Source of the DNA: Patescibacteria group bacterium
GTDB lineage: Bacteria; Patescibacteriota; Saccharimonadia; UBA4664
DNA length: 64,000 nt
Direction of reading: 5' to 3'
NCBI GenBank assembly: GCA_028288925.1
Contig: JAQGHG010000012.1
Coordinates: forward strand, 13,762-77,761
Position 1 is the stretch's first letter, and every line of letters starts with the position of its first letter. The translations under genes and the position numbers were made by a program. The notes under the pieces were generated by a model. That model saw only the letters and a program-made list of their open reading frames with translations, did no database searches and was not told the origin of the DNA. Below are positions 59,804 through 64,000 of this stretch, one piece after another.

Positions 59804-60583
59804 ATGCACCAACCATCACGCGCGCGCCCTATCATCGGCCTTACATCCGGAGAAATCCACAACATCGCCGAACCATGGTCGCCGGTCGCGTTCGGCCAGA
59901 GCCGCACCTACGTCGATAGCATCATCCAGGCCGGCGGCACACCGCTGATCTTGCCGCTGTCCGCCGACGAGGCCGTGCTTCGCCCCCTCTACGAGCTCCT
60001 CGACGGCCTCTGCCTGGCGGGCGGCAATGATCTGGACCCGGCACTCTACGGCCAGGAGCCCTACACCGGTGCCAGCGATCATTCCGCTCTCCGCGATACC
60101 ACCGAGCAAATGCTGTTGCGCTGGGCACTCCAAGACCGCAAGCCCCTGCTGGGCATCTGCCGCGGCATGCAATTATTAAACGTCGAGTCCGGCGGCACGC
60201 TACACCAAGAAATCGCCCAAGACCTTCCCGGCACTCTCGACCACAATGCCTCGACCAAGCTTAAATCCCTGGAAGACCTGTCGCACACACTGCGCCTCGG
60301 GCCAGATTCCAAACTGGCCAATATTCTCGCCGCCGGTCCCATCGGCACCAACGCCCATCACCACCAGGCCATCGACAAACTCGGCGCCGGCGTCAAGGCC
60401 ACGGCCTGGACCAGCGACGACGTCATCGAGGCCATCGAGCTGATCAACTATCCCTACGCCATCGGCATCCAGGCTCACCCCGAATCGCTCACGTCGGTGG
60501 AGCCTAGGTGGGCCAAGCTCTTTGAGTCATTTGTGGCCGCTACCCGCGAGCAGACCCTCCAACCGCGCGGCAACCTTCTCTAG
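59804..60583 (+). CDS. Peptidase C26 / gamma-glutamyl-GABA hydrolase family glutamine amidotransferase
   Basis: GGNDLDP, GICRGMQ, HHHQAI, IQAHPE. Confidence 0.9.
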   Translation: MHQPSRARPIIGLTSGEIHNIAEPWSPVAFGQSRTYVDSIIQAGGTPLILPLSADEAVLRPLYELLDGLCLAGGNDLDPALYGQEPYTGASDHSALRDTTEQMLLRWALQDRKPLLGICRGMQLLNVESGGTLHQEIAQDLPGTLDHNASTKLKSLEDLSHTLRLGPDSKLANILAAGPIGTNAHHHQAIDKLGAGVKATAWTSDDVIEAIELINYPYAIGIQAHPESLTSVEPRWAKLFESFVAATREQTLQPRGNLL

Positions 60584-60743
60584 CTGCCGCGCCGCGTAGG
60601 GCTCTTGGTCAAAAATATCGTCTGAAAACACTCGCGACCGCAGTTTCCGCGGGGTTCCATCAAGTGCTACAATAAGCGGTTAGTAGTGTTCACAGACAAG
60701 ATGGAAGGCGGCGGATGGCCGACAATTGTTCTATACTAGCCCC

Positions 60744-61241
60744 ATGAAGAAATTGTTTACCGACGAAGCCGCCGCCGCTCTTGTGGATTGCGCAGCCACT
60801 CTAGCAAAGACCACCGCCACCGATCAAAAAGGCCCGCAGCCCCTCGCCATCTGTTGTATGGTCGCCCAGTCCGATGTGCTAGCCGTGCCGACCGCTCTCC
60901 GGCGCATGGACGGCGCCAAGGCCGTAAGCGTTATCTTCGCCACCCACAAAGCCTTTACTGTTTTGGCATACCAGGCCGACTCAATCAAACACGCCGACCG
61001 CATCAAAAACCACCTCTGGAGTGAAGCCGATATGGTGCTGCTCCAAAGTAGCGTACCGCAATTTACACCCTGGGACGGTGGCATCATGGTCATGGACGAA
61101 TCCGGCGAGCTGCTCTGTAGCCTGGCCGCCGCCGGCCGCACATCGGAAGGGGACCGCCGCGCCATGGTGCTCGCCGCGCACCAGATGGGGTATAGGACCA
61201 ACTTCGATGAGAAAGGCGAACCTTTGCCCGAACACCGGTAA
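60744..61241 (+). CDS. GlcG/HbpS-like heme-binding family protein
   Basis: RMDGA, KAFT, GGI, AAGRTSEGD. Confidence 0.65.
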   Translation: MKKLFTDEAAAALVDCAATLAKTTATDQKGPQPLAICCMVAQSDVLAVPTALRRMDGAKAVSVIFATHKAFTVLAYQADSIKHADRIKNHLWSEADMVLLQSSVPQFTPWDGGIMVMDESGELLCSLAAAGRTSEGDRRAMVLAAHQMGYRTNFDEKGEPLPEHR

Positions 61242-61275
61242 TATAATAAAGAAGCATTTAAAAAAGGCACCAATC

Positions 61276-61776
61276 ATGGCATCAGTCCAAAAAATCACAC
61301 CCAGTCTCTGGTTCGGCTCCAACTGCGAGGAGGCGATGAATTACTACGTCTCGGTCTTCCCCGACTCCAAAATTGTGACGACCAAGTACTATCCCGAAGG
61401 CATCACCGAAGGTCCCATGAAAGGCATGGAAGGCAAGGTGCTCACCGGCGTCTTCGAGCTGGCCGGCCAGCGCTTCATCGCGCTCGACGGCGGGCCGCTC
61501 TTTAAGTTCAACGAATCAATTTCCTTCACCGTGAGCTGCGAGACGCAGGACGAGATCGATCACTACTGGGACAGCCTCTCGGCGGTGCCCGAATCCGAGC
61601 AATGCGGCTGGTGCAAGGACAAATTCGGCGTCTCGTGGCAGATTGTCCCCACTGCCCTTGGCGCGATGATGATGGACGAAGCCCCCGGGAAAGCCGCGCG
61701 TGTCACTGAAGTCGTTATGAGCTCGAAGAAGTTCGATATCGCCCAGCTCAAAGCCGCGTACGAGGGGAAGAACTAA
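61276..61776 (+). CDS. VOC family protein (PhnB-like)
   Basis: KITPSLWF, FNESISF, QCGWCKDKFGVSWQI. Confidence 0.9.
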   Translation: MASVQKITPSLWFGSNCEEAMNYYVSVFPDSKIVTTKYYPEGITEGPMKGMEGKVLTGVFELAGQRFIALDGGPLFKFNESISFTVSCETQDEIDHYWDSLSAVPESEQCGWCKDKFGVSWQIVPTALGAMMMDEAPGKAARVTEVVMSSKKFDIAQLKAAYEGKN

Positions 61777-63170
61777 GCGCGGGCGTAGCAAGCCACCCAG
61801 TCAAGGTCGAGTTGAGCGTAGGCTCCGGCCTTGGCGTAGGGTCCCATGATCGAAGATTCGTTTTGGAGGATCCAAGACATCGGGATATTCGGTACCTTCT
61901 TGGTGGTAGTCCCGATCAACTTTCCGTCCATAAAGAACTTAATCGTACCAGGGGTCCACTCGATAGCCGTAGTATGCCAGCTTGTCCACTTGGCCGAGCT
62001 CGTGAAGTTAGCCTCGCCGGGGTGGGTGTAGGCGCTAATCCTCTGGGCGTAGTCATTCTCGGGGTAGTCCACCTCAAACCCGCCGTCGTAGAACAAGTGG
62101 GCGCTCTTAAACCCAGGGTCGGCGTGCACCACCTTGAACCGCTCCACGTATCGGCCGTACTTGTGGGCCATACACTTGATGGGCGCCACTGTGGCGACAT
62201 GGTTGTCCTTGCCGGTCTTCGGGCGATACATGCGGATGTGCATCGCGCCGTTGTTTACCGATACGGTGTCTTCGGGGTGGTAGACGCCGCCATAGGGCGC
62301 GCCCTTGTTGCCGTCGGCTCCCGATTTCGCGGTGTCCGGCCAGGTATTGGGGTAGGCCCACCAGTTGCCGTAGTAGCTGCCGTATTTCTTCAGGCCGCCG
62401 CAGTAAGGATACGCGGTGTTGGTATTGTGGTCGCAGTCGCTAAAGGCGCCCTTGGGGACAGTGGCGGTGAAGTTATCGGCGAAGATCTGCTTCCAGCCTG
62501 TCAGGTTGCCGACAGGCATAGCCTGACCGCCGGGTGTGGCAGTTGAGGTGCCGCCACCGGTACTGCTACCACCGCCGGCCCTGGCCGGGAAAGTTTGGGC
62601 GGTCCACTTCTGAGCATCCGTGCCATTGCAGGCCCAGATCCAAACGGTGTTGCCCTCAGCGCTACTAGAATATTGGTCATCTAAGCACAGCTTCGATCTG
62701 ACATGAACGATAGTCCCGTCGGCTGGATTAACTTTCCACTGTTGGAGAGCTCCCGCCGGGTCCGTGGTCTTGGCGGCGCATGGCTGCAAGACCGCTAGTG
62801 TCTTGGCCGTTACCGACCCACTGTCCACATCGAGGCAGTAACCGCTGGCGTTGGTGATCGTGCCGTTACTGTTGATCTTCCACGCCTGGGCGTTCGACGA
62901 GCCGCAGGTGTTGAGCTGGATAAGGGTGTTGCCGTTCACCTTAACCTGGTCGTTATCATTGAGACATTTGCCGGCAATACCCACGAAGGCGGTGTAAGAG
63001 CTAGCCGCCTGCGTCATCAGCTGATAGCTAACGCCAAAGATTACCAGCGCGAAGACGGCGCCCCACAAAAACTTAGTCCGAAAACTCAGCCGGCTGAGCA
63101 TCGTCTTGGGGCGTTTCGATTTTACGGCCGTTGATTTGGTTTTGCGGGCGGGTGTTTTTTTGTTTGGCAT
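61773..63170 (-). CDS. Membrane-anchored ricin-B lectin plus GH16 glycoside hydrolase
   Basis: TM helix, QxW repeats with CLD; G/S/T linker; EVDYPE (ExDxxE), WHTTAIEWTPG. Confidence 0.85.
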   Translation of the reverse strand: MPNKKTPARKTKSTAVKSKRPKTMLSRLSFRTKFLWGAVFALVIFGVSYQLMTQAASSYTAFVGIAGKCLNDNDQVKVNGNTLIQLNTCGSSNAQAWKINSNGTITNASGYCLDVDSGSVTAKTLAVLQPCAAKTTDPAGALQQWKVNPADGTIVHVRSKLCLDDQYSSSAEGNTVWIWACNGTDAQKWTAQTFPARAGGGSSTGGGTSTATPGGQAMPVGNLTGWKQIFADNFTATVPKGAFSDCDHNTNTAYPYCGGLKKYGSYYGNWWAYPNTWPDTAKSGADGNKGAPYGGVYHPEDTVSVNNGAMHIRMYRPKTGKDNHVATVAPIKCMAHKYGRYVERFKVVHADPGFKSAHLFYDGGFEVDYPENDYAQRISAYTHPGEANFTSSAKWTSWHTTAIEWTPGTIKFFMDGKLIGTTTKKVPNIPMSWILQNESSIMGPYAKAGAYAQLDLDWVACYARA

Positions 63171-63299
63171 ATACCTATTGGGTGCTAATACTTACCATTA
63201 CTTATACTTCTTATGCTTGGTTAGGTCAAATTTTTGTATAATTGCTTTGGGAGCTCCGCCTTTTACATGCGGAGCTCCCTTCAAACTAGTCGCAGTTAC

Positions 63300-63467
63300 T
63301 TGGACGGCTTACTTATGCTGGATCGCCTAGAAAAAGCCAATCTAATCACCCGAAAACCAAACCCGAAGGACGGACGCGGCGTGCTGATCGAAGCCAACAA
63401 GAACCTGGCGGAAACACTTGGACCAACATTCGCAGGTATTCAAAAAGTACAAATTGAGCACCAATAA
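63300..63467 (+). pseudogene. MarR family regulator remnant (C-terminal part only)
   Basis: LDRLEKANLITRKPNPKDGRGVLI wing motif without a plausible N-terminus. Confidence 0.65.
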
Positions 63468-63573
63468 TGAAAGACTCTGAATTAAAAACCACCCTCAGCG
63501 AGGACGCGGAAAACTATCATAATTATCGACCGCGTTACCCCAGGCTCTTTTTTGAAACGATGTGATAATTGCA

Positions 63574-63648
63574 TGGTGATCCCACGGAGAATCGAACTCC
63601 GGTTGCCGGGATGAAAACCCGGTGTCCTAACCGCTAGACGATGGGACC
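63574..63648 (-). tRNA. tRNA-Glu (TTC)
   Basis: Reverse complement GGTCCCATCGTCTAGCGGTTAGGACACCGGGTTTTCATCCCGGCAACCGGAGTTCGATTCTCCGTGGGATCACCA; cloverleaf, TTC anticodon, encoded CCA. Confidence 0.97.
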
Positions 63649-63753
63649 ACGAAACGAGCGAAGTGCGAGAACGTTTTTAACTGGTACATACTACCATTTT
63701 TGGCAACTTTACTCAAGATGCTACCATATCTATTAAGAAAGAAGAGGGGTGCG

Positions 63754-64000
63754 ATGAGGCGGTTCGGCGTGCTGGCGGGCGTATTAGCGGTGGGCTTGAT
63801 GCTGCGGTTGCACGCGCTTTCGCCCTACATTTTCTATCCTGACGGCTACCAGAGCCTCATGGTCGCTCGCAATCTCCAGACCGCCCATCGGGCCGTGGCC
63901 ACGATGGGGCCGGGTGGGCTGCTGTACCCGGATCTCTTCGGCTGGACCCGCCCGGCTTACTCGGCGTTGATCGCGTTGGGTAGCGGCCTGGGGCTGCGGC
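63754..64000 (+). CDS. Partial membrane protein, probable GT-C (ArnT/PMT-like) glycosyltransferase
   Basis: MRRFGVLAGVLAVGLMLRL...YPDGYQSLMVARNL...RPAYSALIA; GAGGGG RBS; runs off the window. Confidence 0.55.
   Translation, partial: MRRFGVLAGVLAVGLMLRLHALSPYIFYPDGYQSLMVARNLQTAHRAVATMGPGGLLYPDLFGWTRPAYSALIALGSGLGLR

Noticed and set aside
63170-63648. Integrated element at tRNA-Glu
   Set aside because: No integrase and no duplicated tRNA 3' end seen in the window; only a MarR remnant

Overview
A gene-dense 64 kb bacterial chromosome segment, probably Patescibacteria/Saccharibacteria (inferred from a cyoABCDE operon plus NDH-2, a class F sortase, many receiver-only regulators and many ORFans; no rRNA in the window). 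It holds about 60 CDS, one tRNA-Glu(TTC), two pseudogene remnants, and no CRISPR array, transposase or prophage. Highlights: (1) two paralogous 7TM-GAF-histidine kinases, each directly downstream of a different small-molecule biosynthesis cassette (two methyltransferases plus a LuxI/FeeM-like acyltransferase; an aminotransferase, PaaK-like ligase and Rv1355c-type ThiF) and flanked by receiver-only regulators, a candidate make-and-sense signalling system; (2) a dispersed 126-nt structured intergenic element with compensatory base changes and deletion derivatives (six copies); (3) a 54-aa YVDPSTGS membrane peptide absent from the ORF track, leading a kinase-methyltransferase plus sulfatase-fold operon; (4) at least 15 genes with a TANNNT-N6-ATG leaderless signature. 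All functional calls come from motif recognition by eye, not database searches.
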